Origin: Bugula neritina
Taxonomy: Eukaryota; Animalia; Bryozoa
Assembly: GCA_964035545.1 (NCBI GenBank)
Contig: OZ037768.1
Coordinates: forward strand, 8,526,741 to 8,590,740
Length of the DNA stretch: 64,000 bases
Direction: 5' to 3'
The position numbers and the translations under genes are program-made. The notes beneath the pieces are model-generated. The model saw nothing but the letters and a program-made list of their open reading frames with translations, ran no database searches and was not told the DNA's origin. Positions 1-13,476 of the stretch are shown one piece after another (the stretch's first letter is position 1; the number at the start of each line of letters is the position of its first letter).

Positions 1-142
1 TTATTGAGACCTAGTTGAAGGATCTTAGTCTAATTATACAAGGCATCTCTTTCAGTAGGTGCCTGACCAATAAAATGCAACGCTTTAGAATATTCATTTG
101 TGAAATCAATAGAGTCATAAGTTATGCCCACCCAAAACTTAC

Positions 143-195
143 CATGAGTTATAGACACCAGGTACTCGACCTTTTTTAACAGCGTAGAATTGCAT
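143..195 (-). CDS. RNASEH1: RNase H1-like protein, first coding exon (hybrid-binding / caulimovirus viroplasmin-type N-terminal domain); gene continues off the left edge
   Basis: Minus strand reads MQFYAVKKGRVPGVYNSW then a GTAAGT donor at 142. This matches the RNase H1 motif FYAVxxGRxxGVyxxW, with the intron inside the Trp codon as I recall for human RNASEH1. Only 18 codons are visible, so other proteins with this domain are not excluded. Confidence 0.72.
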
Positions 196-2260
196 AATCA
201 ATCTTTTACTTTGCTAAATAGGCTAATCTAATCACTAATGAGCTGATACCAGAACAGAATGAAAGTCAGGTGGCCAAATTTCTTTCAGAAAGATCAAGCT
301 GTAAACATTACCACAACAGCAGTACACATCTGATATTAATATTTTAAAAGTTCAATTAGATATAGTTACTTACTGGGATTTTGTGATTTTCAGTTTAAAG
401 GCCAGTCGTGATAGTGATAGTTGAATATGAATACGTTGAAATGCTGTCCAAAGATTATTATAATAACAATTACAAAGCCAATAGAGTTTCATCGGAAAAG
501 GTAACTAGAAAATAGTACAGAAATAGGATAATAATCACTCCTATAAACTATAATAGCATGATAATTTACAACATCTTTACCACATCACCAGCAATTTTAT
601 TAATTAGCCAGTTTAAATATTTCTTTTAACTTCCTGTGGTCATTTTCTAAAAGGGGATCTTAATTATATTAATATAATAGTAAAATTATAATAATAAAAT
701 AAATAGCTAGTCGAAGAGTTTTAAGTTTGCTCCCGCAAAATTGTGCGAACGCCCATCATTATATTTACTAATTTTCACTGAAAGTACAAGTAAAAATAAT
801 ACTAAAACTAAATCAAGGTGTAACTCAAGCTGTTACTTATACTGTGAAGTGTGAGTAACTGCAAGTCAATAACTGTTGCACTTACTTTTAGCCACTGACT
901 TATATTTACTACCTTTAGTTAGTGTTACTTTTACTAACAGTCGCTGTAATTTAAAGTTAACACAATAACTAATAACACTAACAGTAACAGTAACACAAAG
1001 TCTAACACTAGCAATATTTGAATATTTCAATTTCAACTTGTAAGACCAACAGCAAACGTAAGACTATGACTATGAGTATCACTATAACATTATCTATAAT
1101 TATCAGTATTATGACTAATAGTATAATTATAACTAACAGTAAATGGCTTACTAATGACTAAACAGACTAATACTCATAGTCATACTGATACTAATATCGT
1201 GTCACTAGCTGCAAGTGCAACAGTAATGGCAAAACGCAGTTGTACACTCACACTCAGTCTGAGTCACTGTGACTGTAGTCCATAACTGTTAGTGTTACTC
1301 TTACACTTACTGTAACAGTGTAAGTATAACTATGATTAACAGTAACTAAGTGTAAGTGTAACAATAACATTTATTGTTAATTTTAGTCAGTAAGTTATTT
1401 AGTTAGTGTAATTCAAATAACATGGTGATGGTGAAACTCAAAGTCAAACTGAAAGTGAAACATAAATTTTAAAACAAAAGCCAGAAAAGCCAAAAGAAAA
1501 GGCAAATTGAAATTGGCAAAATAAAATTACCAATAATAATACTAATAGTAATACTAAGAATAATACTTCATAAGTTGATAGTTGAAATAATAACCATAAT
1601 GGCAATTATAATAATTATGGTTGTTATAATTATTTAATATTAATAATAATATTAATATCAAAGTCGCAAACTGATGCAACGCACTGAAACAGGACTCGCA
1701 TGCGACTGCCATTAGCCTTAGGCTACGTTCTATTCTCTACTCGTATAACGTATAACGAGCTGCAAAGAGTTCAAGTTGATGAATGATGAAAGCCGCGTCC
1801 TTGAGTTCAAGGTCGTTTCTGGTCTAGTACTAAACTACAATAATAATTATCTTTCAATCAATGTTAATCATCGAAAGATTGAACAATTAAAAGTTGTCTC
1901 CCATAAGCAATAAAACTGGATTAGCTGGATTATAGTCCTGTAGGATATACTTTTATAATCTATAATATTAGTTTAATAAACTCAAGAGACATCCAATATG
2001 AAGTCATCTACTTCTAGTAGGTAGATAAATCTAATCTAATAATTCTGCAGACTTGGACTAAATCAAAGTGAAAGAATTTCTGTGGGTAAAATTTCTTCAG
2101 TTTTTCAGTAATTTCAGTAAGCTACTAGCAGATATATTCAATCGGTCTTGTACTTGTACTAACCATAACTATAGTTGCAACATTAACTAAGTATAAGAAT
2201 AAGTACAATTATAAATTTTTACTTTTGGTTTTATTTATTGATAGCGAGTGTGGAATGCAA

Positions 2261-2361
2261 CACAAAGTATGGGGTCACTGGGTGCAGTAACTCGTTCGGT
2301 TAGGAGTTTCAACAGTTGTGTTTAAATTTAAACACTGCACCCAACAACCCCAAACTTTGTG
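2261..2361. repeat. Imperfect inverted repeat (28-bp arms) enclosing an 18-bp perfect palindrome; possible degenerate MITE or hairpin
   Basis: CACAAAGTATGGGGTCACTGGGTGCAGT (2261-2288) matches the reverse complement of 2334-2361 (CACAAAGTTTGGGGTTGTTGGGTGCAGT) with 4 mismatches. GTGTTTAAATTTAAACAC at 2318-2335. Confidence 0.75.
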
Positions 2362-2836
2362 CCGTTTCTGGCGAATCCTTTTGTAAGCAGTATACTTTCT
2401 GTAGAAAGCAATCTGTGTTGTTAATTTTTTAAAACCGAATTTAGGTCCGCTAAACTGATCTGGGAAGCAATAAAAACATTGTGATGAAGACTAAGTAAAA
2501 TACCGACAGTATTAGAGTGCTAAGGAGGATTGTGTACATTTCAAACAATTATTTGCTGAAACAGTTGCCACTGCAAGACACGATTTGTCTATTGACATCA
2601 AAAAGTATTCTGCTATGTGGGAAATCCCATTAATCTCGCAGACTATTTGGGAGTAGGGATTGCATTGTTGCAGTGATCTAGATTCTGCTCCATTTCAAAG
2701 CTTATCTCGTCTTGTTATTGGCTTAAAGCCAGTTCAAACCAGTTTACTCAAGTTCTTCTGCAGCGCGTAACGTCATGACTGTCGCGTGTTATTTGTTTCT
2801 AGGGTAGTGGGCAGAGGTAGACTGCCTGGCTGCATT

Positions 2837-5800
2837 ATGTATAGACTGGTAGGCAATCTGGGTTTGTTGAAACAAACCCTCAGGTCTGGTAAATACACGC
2901 AAGCAAGGTTTGTTGCTGCTGAAAAGAAAGAAGTCCCTTACAAGTAAGTCCAGGATTCTGCTAGTCTTACTGTAGTCTATACTGTATGAGTATACTCATA
3001 CTGAAAGTGAGTGACAAAGCTACCAGTACCTGCATGTCATCTTAAGATTAATGGATTCATACGTTATTAGCACTGTGATGTAGGCTAGGCTAGTGTGGGC
3101 ATGTAGAAAGTTTATAACTGCTCAGAGCTTCAAAATATTTTTCTAATTCTTGCTTTGCTAATCTGTTTGGTCATTATATATAGTCATATATATCTGTAGC
3201 TACCAGCAATATAGAATTCCTTAACATTTTTATGCAATGCTATATTTGACAGAACTCTCAAAGATGCAAACTCGGATAATGTAGCCTCAGTTCCAAGTAG
3301 AGCAGATGCTGTAGTAGTTGGGGGAGGTGCTGTGGGCTGCAGTACTGTCTACCACTTGAGTAAACTTGGGTTATCAAATTCTGTGTTGATTGAGAAGGAC
3401 CAACTCACAGCTGGCACATCATGGCACACAGCAGGTATTTCTTTACAAATCAGACTAGGCTTAATATATCATCAAATATTGCTTGCACCTATTATATATG
3501 CCATACAGCTTGACCCTCTTTTACTACATAATTGTTGGTGCATATAAACCAGTTACTAAGTATTCATGGAGTAATGCTATTCACAAACCACAGAGTAAAC
3601 ATTTGGTAGCTGTTATTGACAAACCTTTTACCTTATTTATTTGCCTTTGAGTTGGGGCTGTAGTATGCATGCTGTGTAAGTAAGGTAGTGCACTGTGAAT
3701 ATAAGGTAGTAGCTTGTAAGCTGAACATCAAGTTTGTACTAGACTTGGCCTGGCTGTGATAGGTTAGGTGCTAGAGCCACAACTTAGCACAGCTATTATT
3801 CAAAGGTTGTGTAGAGCCAATCAGCTAATATATAATAGTCTTAATAGCGTCTTTCTCTGACTGCATTTTGATTGCTAGCATCTGCATTATGATATAATAG
3901 AAAATTATAGTAGCCATGTAATATTTCCTACCTTTTCACATATTTTTTCAATTTATTCCATTTGATATAGTTTTCATGTCACCATTTATGGCATCAGTCT
4001 AATGGCATCAGTTAGGACTCATGTTCACATACCGCTAAAACTATAAAACACAGCTGCTGCTATACAATACTTTATTATTTATTTAATGATATATTTTTAT
4101 TAACAGCCTTAAGTTAGTTTCCACTTTCCATTACTAGTATAATCTGATGTGTTATAACTATTTCCAAGATAGTTTAGTTTAAATTTATTGATGCAACTGA
4201 AGAATCTTTTACCAAAGCTAGGGTTGTGTCACATACAGTACAATACTGCACACCCTTGTAACTTATGGAATTGTGCTCTCTCTTGTTAGAAATGAATTAG
4301 TATAAAAATTAATTATGAATATCGTAGTTGGCTTCTGAAAGCTCCACATTGATATTTACAGCCCCTAATAAAAGCATTGATCTTTAAAAAGTATTATTTT
4401 GATATGCACCAGCATATTATATGGATAGATTTGTATTGTGTAACCTACTATTTAGGGTTGCTGTGGAGGTTGCGACCCAACGAAACAGAAATGCTGCTCA
4501 ACAACATTACCAGAAGGTTGATGGACACTTTGGAAGAAGAAACTGGTGTTCATGCAGGCTTTCATATGAATGGAGGTCTTTTTATAGCTTCTTCTAAGGA
4601 AAGATTAGATGAATATAAAAGACTGAAGACCGTTAGTATATTATTTAACTAGACCATTTTTTTAAATTTACTAATTAATTTTATCTTATTCAAACCAGCC
4701 GTTTCTAATTTAACAAAAAAGTTATTTTGTTATGCTTACATAACAAGCAGGCTGCCATGCTCTTTACATATTGTAGTTTCTGTGTGTTTCAGTTTGGTGA
4801 GTGCATGGGGATTGAGTCACACATTCTAACTCCAGACGAGGCACAGAAACTCTACCCAATAATGAATAAAGATGATCTAGTCGGAGCCCTTTACTCTCCA
4901 ACTGACGGTCACATTGACCCTGCTGGGTACTGTACTGCTCTCTCTAGAGCTGCTAAACTCAACGGTGCTCAGGTGACCGTCTTTCCACCATATTTATTCT
5001 TCGCCTCTTTCTTTGTGCACAGCTTCACCTGTAATCTCATATAAATACTGAATGTTTACAATAATTCTTTCTGCAGATAATTACTGATTGCGAAGTAATA
5101 GAAATTGAAACCCATGTTGACTCGGTGGGTAGAAGAAGAGTGAAAGCTGTAAATACATCAAAAGGGAGAATTGAAACGGATAATGTTGTAGTTTGTGGAG
5201 GTAAACCATACACATTTACTCATTGTTGCTTTGTTTTACGGTTTTAGATTCACCGGCTTTCCATGTACTGATCTCAGATCGATCTCGGCGAGATCGATCC
5301 ATGGAAAGACTTCAAAGATTGATCTCAGTCGTTCTGAGCTGGTCGGTCTGTAGAGCTCGAACTCAGATCGATCTCAAGGCAATAAGACCATGGAAAGACA
5401 AAAGATCGATCCGAGAAGTAGAAAAATGACTGCTCGCTAAAATGTCGTCTGCTAATAAAAATGATAACTTATTGTTAATTACTAAGCAAAGTACTTAATA
5501 ATTAAGATAGCCACCTTTTCAAGTGGCAAAACTTTGACTTCCAGTAAAATGATTAAGAAAACTTAATTATGTAAAATTATAGACGGTAGAAGATGCGAAA
5601 AGTGAGAGCATTTAAATTGAATTTAAATGACTAGTATAACGCACTGTCATTAGTTATTTGCTGCGTAATTTTAAGCCTAATAGTCTCGTAAGTTTATGAA
5701 TAAGCTGCACAACAGCTATTAATTTTATATAAGCTGTCAAGCTAAAATATTAAAATCAATTATCTTAAATTGGCCAAATTACTTCATATTAAAAGCTTTA

Positions 5801-8800
5801 CTGCGTAGAGTTTATAGCTGACGTTAAATTTTAGACTATGAAAATTTTGGTTTTCAACAGCAGTAGCTTTTATCACTCAGGTGGGTGAAAAAATTATACT
5901 ATTAAAGTAGTCTTCACCTAAGAGGAGGCAACTCCCAGAGATCGATCTGACACTTTCATGGAAAAACGATCGATCTGAGCACATTACTCAGATCGATCTC
6001 AGCGAGATCGATCTGAGATCGGTACATGGAAAGCCCGTGATATTGTGGTGTCTTTTGATAAGATAGTAAGTTAACTGAAATTAAGTGTGTTTCTTCACAT
6101 ATTTTATGTTATGTTCTTTTTATTTTGGTTAAGAAGAATTAGCAGTAAGATTACGTAGTATAGAGTAGATTATATGTAGCTGTATCACACTGAAGCTCCC
6201 TAGTAACTAACCAGTGAAAATGATTGAATATCGGACATGATGGGCATGACTGTATGTTATTGGTTTAACAGACTGACAGCTTAATAAGGAGTGACAGCAG
6301 TTGACTGATGTAATAGACTAATAGTAATTGTAGATGCCATCATAGCTCATGATATATTAACAAGTCTAGTTCAATACACAGTATATTTTTTTTATAATGT
6401 GATAGTATAGTTTAAATATTATTCAAATCGTTGAATATTTGGCATTGTTATCACTCATTCACTTGAGTTTATACTCACTATCCCTGTGAGCACTGCTCAT
6501 TAAAGGGGGTTTCTTAAATCAGACTAAGACTTGTTCATATGTGGCACTGGGGCCATTATGACTGAATGCTTTTCCTAACAACTCTGAAGGTGTTTGGACT
6601 TTGTGTTGGTATTACTAGGCCAGCTCTCTAACCACTACATTACAGCTGCTCTCTAAAATATCAATGCTATCCTCCTGTAAATATTGGTTTCCTCTATTTC
6701 TCTGCAGGATGTTGGGCTCCCCACATTCTAGAGTCAGTTGGTGTTAAACTTCCCCAGTACACATTCAAGCACTCGTATATAGTTACCGAGACTATCGAAG
6801 GCGTGAAAGGTATGCCCAGTATACGAGATCATGATTTGTCTATCTATTTGAAAGTACAAGGAGACGTCATACAAGTGGGAGGGTACGAGCCTAGACCTGT
6901 CATCATGGACGAAGGGGTGAGTATGGAGGCTTATGTGTTGATAGATTGCTCAGGGTGCAGGGATTGGTCAGTTCCGACAATTAGTATATAGCAGAAAGAT
7001 GAATAAACAGTGGCTAATAGACAACAACTATTGTTTTTGGAGTTTACTTTAATATTTTGCTGCACACTTGCGGTATTTTATTGGTTGTGTTTAGTGAGTT
7101 ACAATTTTATTTGTTAATAAATGGTAAAGCTTATCTGTTGTAATTGTAACATTGAAGGTGTTTTAGGTTATAATCAATATAGATTTTTTTCCAATTTGAC
7201 TGTTACTCAGCATTAGTGTTTTTCACAGTTTTATTGGGCAGTTGGTTCTGAAGTTGTATGTCTGAATATTACTTTTTTTCATGCTCTAACTGACTACTTT
7301 TTTAAATTCTAGTGATTGCGTAAATAAGTAAGTTTAATAATATCTGCTAAACCTTGACGTGTATATTTATTTGCATTAGGTGCCAAAAGATTTTGCATTT
7401 AGTCTTTTTGAACTTGACTGGGATTCATTTGGGGTACATATTGAGAGTGCATGTAAAAGAATTCCTGAAATAGCTGAGACTGGAATTAGATCCACAGTTT
7501 CAGGACCTGGTGAGTGTCTGCTGCTACACTCTGTAGTTTCACCTTCTATCTATAAACCTGCACTAAAGGTCTTGGTTTCGTACTGTAAATCTTACAAACT
7601 TCTCTCACTTGTACACGCAAATCTTGTGTAGAGCATATTAAATATATAATAATAGTTATATATTATATCATTCTTATATTATTATTATATAATAAATTTG
7701 ATATATAGTAGTAATTATTTAATATAGAATAATAAAGCATAGTATTTAAAAATATTAATATGCTGTTGTATGTTTTGGAATGAACTTTAGTTATCAAAAC
7801 TATATTTTGTTAGAGTCATTTACTCCTGACGGGAGTCCCCTGATGGGCCCCAACCCTCATATATCAGGACTGTTCCATGCTCATGGCTACAACAGTGGGG
7901 GGCTTATGCTGTCAGGTGGAAGTGGTAAGATGCTTGCTCAGTGGGTAATCAACGGGGAACCAGAGCTGGATATGTTCGACTATGACATCAGGTGGACATA
8001 ACTCCCTGTTGCTAAACCTGTGACATCAGGTGGAAACACCTTGTACAAATAAAACATTTTATTTTGTTAATAAGAACATTAGCAAGTTTTATTTATTTAT
8101 TTAAAAAAATAACATCTATTCAAAGCTTACATTGGTATCTGTAGAAATATTATGCGTATTAAGCAATGAGTAGTAAGATATTCGAGTTCTAAACACATGG
8201 TGCAAAGTGACTTAGCAATGTAAAGACTGTTATTCTTGTGCTACCAGACCAACTATAAGAAGGTAAGGCTGAGTAGCAAGCTTTATAGGAACTCAATTTA
8301 CTCTCAAAATATTGCATTATTCATGGAGTACAGGGTGAATACTCCTTCTAGTTCTCACGATTATTTTAGTTACTACACAGAATTTTCAGTTGGGAAGTAG
8401 TTTATCTAGTTGGAATCTAGTTTGAATAAATAAATTGAAATCCTGTCAATTTAATGGCAAATATTGTAAACCTATTTGGTGTGAATTGATGTATGCCACT
8501 GCCATAGAAGTCAATTGGGTTTTCTTGTGGATGGCTCAGTGGTGTGGTTAATAAGGGTTCACTGTTAGGTCTTTGTATGCCCAAACTGTGTTTTTATTGT
8601 ATTTCTTTTGTTTTGGAATTCAAATCTTAAAAGCTGGGAATATTTTTGAGCACTTGATGTTGTAAACTGTTATTGTGGCTGGTGCCATCATTACAGCTGA
8701 TTTCGTCAATATCATCACCATAATAATTAGCTAACCCTGAGTATAGCTGGTTTCTATGTAATCTATAGGCGATTCAACGAGAAGCTACTGGATAATAAGA

Positions 8801-11800
8801 CATGGCTTAGAGAGCAATGTCATGAGCATTACGCCAAGCACTACTCTATACACTACCATTTTGATGAACCTCTTGGTGGACGCCTGGCGATTAAAGATGC
8901 TCTTTATCAGGTATACATACCTCCTCTCAGTTATAATAATATTGTGTACATGTAACCATCAGATTTCACAGGTTTGTTCTTAAACTGTCTAATTCAACTT
9001 TTTTAAATGTGTTTTTGCAAATAAGAAGATACGAAATTATATAACTGATTTTTCACCTGATTAACAGTTGAACTATTTAGATAGCAGAAGAATGTGTTAT
9101 TAGAAACTTCCAGTTTTTGTAAAATTGATGTTATTTCTTTTTAAACTATTCCGAATCTCCTACGTTTTTTATCATATAAAAGGGTCAGCTACTCTGGTAC
9201 TAAAACGTGGCAGATTTTATTGTTTTATTATAGCATTTTTCGTCTTGTCTAGGTCACACTGAGGGGGTATGAAATGATAATCAAATGATATACTGCCATT
9301 ATATTGTTATGTCATATTTGTTAAATTGTATTTACTATCCTTTATGTTGTATGAAATGTTATAAATATTTCACCAGAGCCTAATATTATCATTCTTACAG
9401 ACCTTATTGGATGATGGTTGCTTCTACCAGTTTAAAGGTGGATGGGAGCGCCCAGGATGGTATGATAAGGACAACATAGCACCTGTAAGTTCTACAGAAT
9501 CTGCTTTTATAATAAATATTAACAGCTCAAAATGATAAACTAACATTCGAATTTCAGTGCAATAACCACGTGCATAGATAATTGTATGTATCACAAAATA
9601 ATATAGAGCAATTCTACTAATTATTATAATAAAACTTGTCTAGTCTTATTTTAATGACTATATAATATTATATTTTCATAGTTATTTTTAGCCATTGCCA
9701 TATGATTACTATGGTGAATATGGATATCCTAAAAATGACCCTGATCCATACACAGACAGACTGGTTATGGACTATACATTTGACCACCCTAAACAGCATG
9801 CTATGGTAAGCTTATCTACTGTTTATAAATATATGTATACACCTAAATTCAAGCACATCCACAAATATTTAATTTAATATATAAAGCAATTTGTAGTTGA
9901 CACTTGAATACATGCTTTCTATAGATAGAAATAAGTTTGCTACTTGTTATTCATTTCCTTGTTCATGTGTAGATTGGTGAAGAGTGTTTAAACGCACGAA
10001 ATAGTGTGAACATGTTCAACATGTCCTACTTTGGGAAATTCTACTTGTGTGGACCTGATGCTACAAAGGCTGCGGAATGGATATTTAGTAACAACATGGA
10101 TAAGCATCCAGGTACAGCTTCTGTGTTATAAGTGATCGTAAGATAATTATTTCTCAAGACAAATAGGGCAACTTATTAACTCTAGCTGCTTATTTATTTA
10201 ATTTATGTTTTTCACAAAGTGTAATGATTGAAGCTGGAAATATTTTGATTTTAGGAACTACCACCTATACTTGTATGCTTAACAAGTTGGGTGGTATTGA
10301 AAGTGACCTCACAGTTAGTGTGGTTGAAGATGATGGTCCTCAGGCTGCTTTTGGAGTTGAAGGTAAAATAGCTTCTTTATGTGCTATGACTCTAAAAATG
10401 CTTCTTACACATTTTACGTTTGAACTTCACACTGTGATAGTTTAGCCTATGCTTGTTGTATGAGAGGAAGTATTGGAACAAGCAGTTGAACCTACCATAT
10501 CAACTCAGCTGTCATTTGTGGAAATTCAATAAAAATATTTCTTACACTTTTAAAATCATTGCTGTGATGCAATATAATTATTCAGCAATTCTGGCCAAAC
10601 TATTTACCGCAATACTTCACATGTCAAAAGATGTAACTTTTTTCTAAATGGAATAAATTCTGCTGGGTAAATTCATTACTTGTACTTTACAGTAGCACTC
10701 GAAGTATTAGGTCTCACTAAATTTCAGTAGCACGTTTTATCAGGTGTGCTTATATATTGATATGTAAACATGTAAACATATTATGTATATCATCAACTGT
10801 GTATGCAGAGGTGGGATTGGTTTCTTTTTGTAGGTAGAAGTTATTATGCAGCAGTAGGTGGCGGTTTCTCCCCATATGTTAAATCTAGAATAGCGGATAT
10901 TATTGCACAAGAAAAGTTTGACTGTCAAGTAAAAGATTTGTCTCATGATATGATACTGTTGAGTATTCAAGGACCAAAGAGGTACGCCCTGCTAGTATCA
11001 TATGTTTCTATTTCTTGTGCTTCAAGTAGTATAAACTGTAAACTAGGGGATTTGTGGATTTTCCCATCTCGACCATTCACTCTGCAACAGTCATTTGTTT
11101 CAAGCTTTCATTATTAATCTCATTAAATTTTGCAGTTGTTTTTGTTGCAATGAAGTTTTGATGGGTCTAGTTAGTGGAAATAATCACTTTGCTCACATTT
11201 ATTCTAAGCTCTCTTTTTCATGTCCTTGTTTTCTATTTAATTAAGAAATAGCATTAGAAAATTTATTATATATGATTATTTATACAAAACAGCCTTGAGT
11301 AAATTGTAATGTTCAATTTCAACTAAACTTATTTCTTGGAAATATTGAGTAAATTTTTGAAATCATTCATGGTTCTGTATCAAAGTGATTTCTGAGACTT
11401 AGTATCTCTTGATTGTGTTTTAGCCGTGATATTCTATCCAAGCTTTGCCCTCAAACTGACTTCTCCAATGAATCCTTTCCTTTCTCAAGTCATCAGGTAA
11501 ACAAATGAGAGGCAGTGAATGTCCACATTATATTTCTAAATATACTGTTTATTAGTAATTATATTTCTTTTCTACAGCAATACTTATGCAAAAGATATCA
11601 TTACAAATACGTATTAAAATGTTCAATAAGATAGGGTTTTTATTCGGAATATTTTCATTTTAATTTATGGCTTAAGTCTAATATTTTTAATAAAATATTA
11701 TGATATGCTGTGTGTAGTAAATTTTATTGGTAGTAGGTATATACTGTGTTTTTTACAGCTTGTAACTATTGGTGGGCATGTAGTGAGAGCAATGAGAGTT

Positions 11801-13476
11801 AGTTTTATTGGAGAGTTGGGGTGGGAACTGCACGCCTCAAACTCTGCAGCACTGGATGTTTACAACACAGTAATGGAAGCTGGTAAAGAATTTGGGCTAA
11901 GAAATTCTGGATATCGCGCATTAGATTCACTTAGCATGGAAAAAGGTTAGTGTAGAAACTCTCAAGGGTTAACTATATCAGATGTTTACAGTTCTCACTG
12001 TTGCTTATTTTAAAAGAGCAGCAACTGCAGCCATGTAACACTATTAGGACTGATTCACTGTGTAACTTTGTAGCTGGTGCTATCGGGCTGAAGCTGTAAT
12101 GTGTGTTATACTTGTTGTATTATATAATTATTCTAACCATGGGTGTCTATTGAAACCCTTGCAATTACAGTTAACTGCTGGGAAACAGTATTATTATTCA
12201 CATACTCTTTAATACTTTTCTCACTAACTTTAGTAGAATAAAAGGTCTCCCATAAATTTATTTCTGTGTTTTAGCCATGTAAACATTTTACATGGCAACA
12301 TGTAAAACGTTTACATTTTACATGTAAGCATTTTATATTTTACATTTTACATGTGGTGAATTACTATTTATTATTTTATTTATTAACAATTTATGAGTAT
12401 TTTTAGACATTAAACCTCTTACAATGTTGCAATGACATATTATATCTTCTAGGATATCGCATGTGGCACTCTGATATCAGATCAGACGACTCCCCACTAG
12501 AGGCTGACTTGACCTTCACATGTAAACTTAAAACAGATATACCATTCGTTGGAAGGCAAGCAGTTGAAGAGTATAAGGCTAGCGGTATACAGAAACGTCT
12601 TGTGTGTTTCACACTTGATCAGTGAGTCTGTCAACTTTATATTATTCTAGCACATTCTATACATTGCTGTGTTTAGTTTTTATGCACCATATAGATGCAA
12701 ATTTGCTTTTTTTAGTTTTTTTTTGTAAATTAAGCTTTAAGTAAAAAAGCCTGCGTGTTCCCTTAGTTGCTGATGTAAAATATATTTGATGCAGAAACTT
12801 GGCTCTACACGGACTAGAAACAATATATAGAAATGGGGAAGCAGTTGGTTATATTCGGAGGGCGGAGTTTGCATTTGCCTTGGGTAAAGAGGTTGCTTGG
12901 GGTTATGTAAAAAATACAGCAGGTGGTCCTGTAAATAAAGATTTTATCTTGTCTGGTAGGTTTTAGGATTTCCTATGCAACTCTTTTTTACACGTTTTAA
13001 TTTATGAATGCTGCAAGAAGCATAAAGCTAATAACTGCACAATATGTAAATGAAAAAAATAACATCTACAAGTTGTTTTTTTAATTATTATAAATATATG
13101 CATGTATATGCGTGTAGTATAGTTTTCATTTTAGTTAAACCATGGCACCTGACAAGTTCAGTTTGCTGCACAAAACTGTAGTTTAGTGCTAAAGATCTTT
13201 TACTAAATTTCAAAATATGAAATGTGTTGTTGTGTTTACACTTATGAACACTTCATGGTGATGCTATGTATTTTTTTAATCCTAAATATATATGCAATTT
13301 TTTATAAAACCTTTTAGCCTATGGTACATTATTTTTTTTTGGTTTTGATTAATGCATTCAATATTTTAGGAAGCTATCAAATAGATAGGATGGGACAACT
13401 CCTAGATGCTACCGTACACATGAAGAGTCCCTTTGATCCTAAAAATAGGCGATTGATGGGGTTTTATGATGAGTGA
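2837..13476 (+). CDS. SARDH: Sarcosine dehydrogenase, mitochondrial (copy A), about 19 exons
   Basis: Approximate exons 2837-2943, 3253-3434, 4456-4631, 4793-4972, 5077-5200, 6708-6916, 7380-7509, 7814-7991, 8769-8910, 9401-9484, 9692-9805, 9973-10111, 10255-10362, 10833-10981, 11424-11496, 11759-11945, 12453-12621, 12795-12955, 13370-13476 join in frame through GT-AG introns. Basic MTS-like N-terminus; [12 protein letters not shown] motif; [14 protein letters not shown] (covalent-FAD His); RDHD; GPESFTPD; NSGG; YDYYG insert typical of SARDH rather than DMGDH; GcvT-like domain [11 protein letters not shown]; C-terminal SPFDPKNRR. Confidence 0.93.
5250..6040. mobile_element. Non-autonomous DNA transposon (MITE) with about 50-bp TIRs in SARDH-A intron 5
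   Basis: Left end TCACCGGCTTTCCATGTACTGATCTCAGATCGATCTCGGCGAGATCGATC; right end reverse complement TCACGGGCTTTCCATGTACCGATCTCAGATCGATCTCGCTGAGATCGATC. Subterminal AGATCGATC repeats, no coding capacity. The equivalent intron in copy B is short and lacks it. TSD not clear. Confidence 0.85.

Noticed and set aside
12275-12355. ACATGT/TTTACAT short repeats (similar at 23780-23860)
   Set aside because: Low-complexity intronic slippage with no defined unit or termini.
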